Assembly: GCA_038736825.1 (NCBI GenBank)
Contig: JAVYME010000024.1
Coordinates: 1-17,100 of the forward strand
Reading direction: 5' to 3'
Length of the DNA stretch: 17,100 nucleotides
DNA from: Candidatus Iainarchaeum sp.
Lineage (GTDB): Archaea; Iainarchaeota; Iainarchaeia; Iainarchaeales; DTGL01
The stretch's first letter is position 1; each line of letters opens with the position of its first letter. Positions 16,885 to 17,100 of this stretch are shown here, piece by piece. Position numbers and translations under genes: made by a program. Under the pieces are notes generated by a model. It had not been told where the DNA came from, did no database searches, and worked only from the letters and a program-made list of their open reading frames with translations.

Positions 16885-17100
16885 ATGAGGTTTTTTTCAG
16901 GGCAAAAGGGCGTGCAAAGCGTTATCACTGCCTTTTTTTTAGTGGTGGTTTTTGTCACGGTATTGCTTTTGCTAATATACTTCAATTACGAGGGTGTTGC
17001 AAAAAAACAGGCTTTATCGCAATCCTATCATTTTTTCCAGCAAAACGCTTTCTATAAAGACCAAATAGAGAATTGCTTGAAAATGCCAGAAAAGCAGGAC
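16885..17100 (+). CDS. Small protein 5, class III (prepilin-like) signal peptide candidate, 3' end beyond the window
   Basis: Absent from the ORF track because it runs off the right edge. AGGTGGA lies 7 nt upstream of the ATG at 16885. The translation is MRFFSGQKG|VQSVITAFFLVVVFVTVLLLLIYFNYEGVAKKQ..., open for 72 codons to position 17100. Confidence 0.55.
   Translation, partial: MRFFSGQKGVQSVITAFFLVVVFVTVLLLLIYFNYEGVAKKQALSQSYHFFQQNAFYKDQIENCLKMPEKQD

Noticed and set aside
16878-17057. An alternative 59-aa frame (MRNEVFFRAKGRAKRYHCLFF...) overlapping gene 5.
   Set aside because: The SD spacing favours the ATG at 16885. That frame gives a leader-plus-helix N-terminus consistent with the neighbouring genes and stays open to the window end.
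1-17100. tRNA or rRNA genes, CRISPR repeats, IS elements or transposases, and integrases.
   Set aside because: Intergenic spaces are all 107 bp or shorter. I noticed no regularly spaced direct repeats and no transposase- or integrase-like ORF. This was a scan by eye, not a covariance-model scan.

Overview
This looks like an archaeal chromosomal fragment that is AT-rich and tightly packed. Internal genes are preceded by GGAGG/GGTG Shine-Dalgarno motifs, and several neighbouring genes overlap by a few nucleotides. A small-genome, DPANN-like lineage is my inference only.

Positions 1-7717 (minus strand) carry a canonical A1AO (A/V-type) ATP synthase operon in the order atpH-I-K-E-C-F-A-B. atpB runs off the left edge.

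Diverging from a 107-bp AT-rich promoter region, argS (plus strand) is coupled (TGATG) to a long RelA/SpoT-homologue (RSH) gene. Its HD hydrolase motifs are intact but its synthetase motifs look degenerate. An archaeal/eukaryotic-type leuS converges on it from the minus strand.

The right-hand 2.7 kb (14358-17100) is the non-housekeeping part. It holds an orphan protein with a single HExxH motif. Diverging from it is a tandem array of at least five small ORFs. Each starts with a hydrophobic helix, three of them directly after a short leader ending in K-G that resembles a class III (prepilin-like) signal peptide. The extracellular parts carry even numbers of cysteines (2, 10, 8, 4). I recognise no family for these. 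They are the best candidate for an undescribed surface, pilus-like or adhesion module, and the array continues past the window end.

I saw no tRNA, rRNA, CRISPR array or transposase. All homology statements come from reading motifs by eye, with no searches run.
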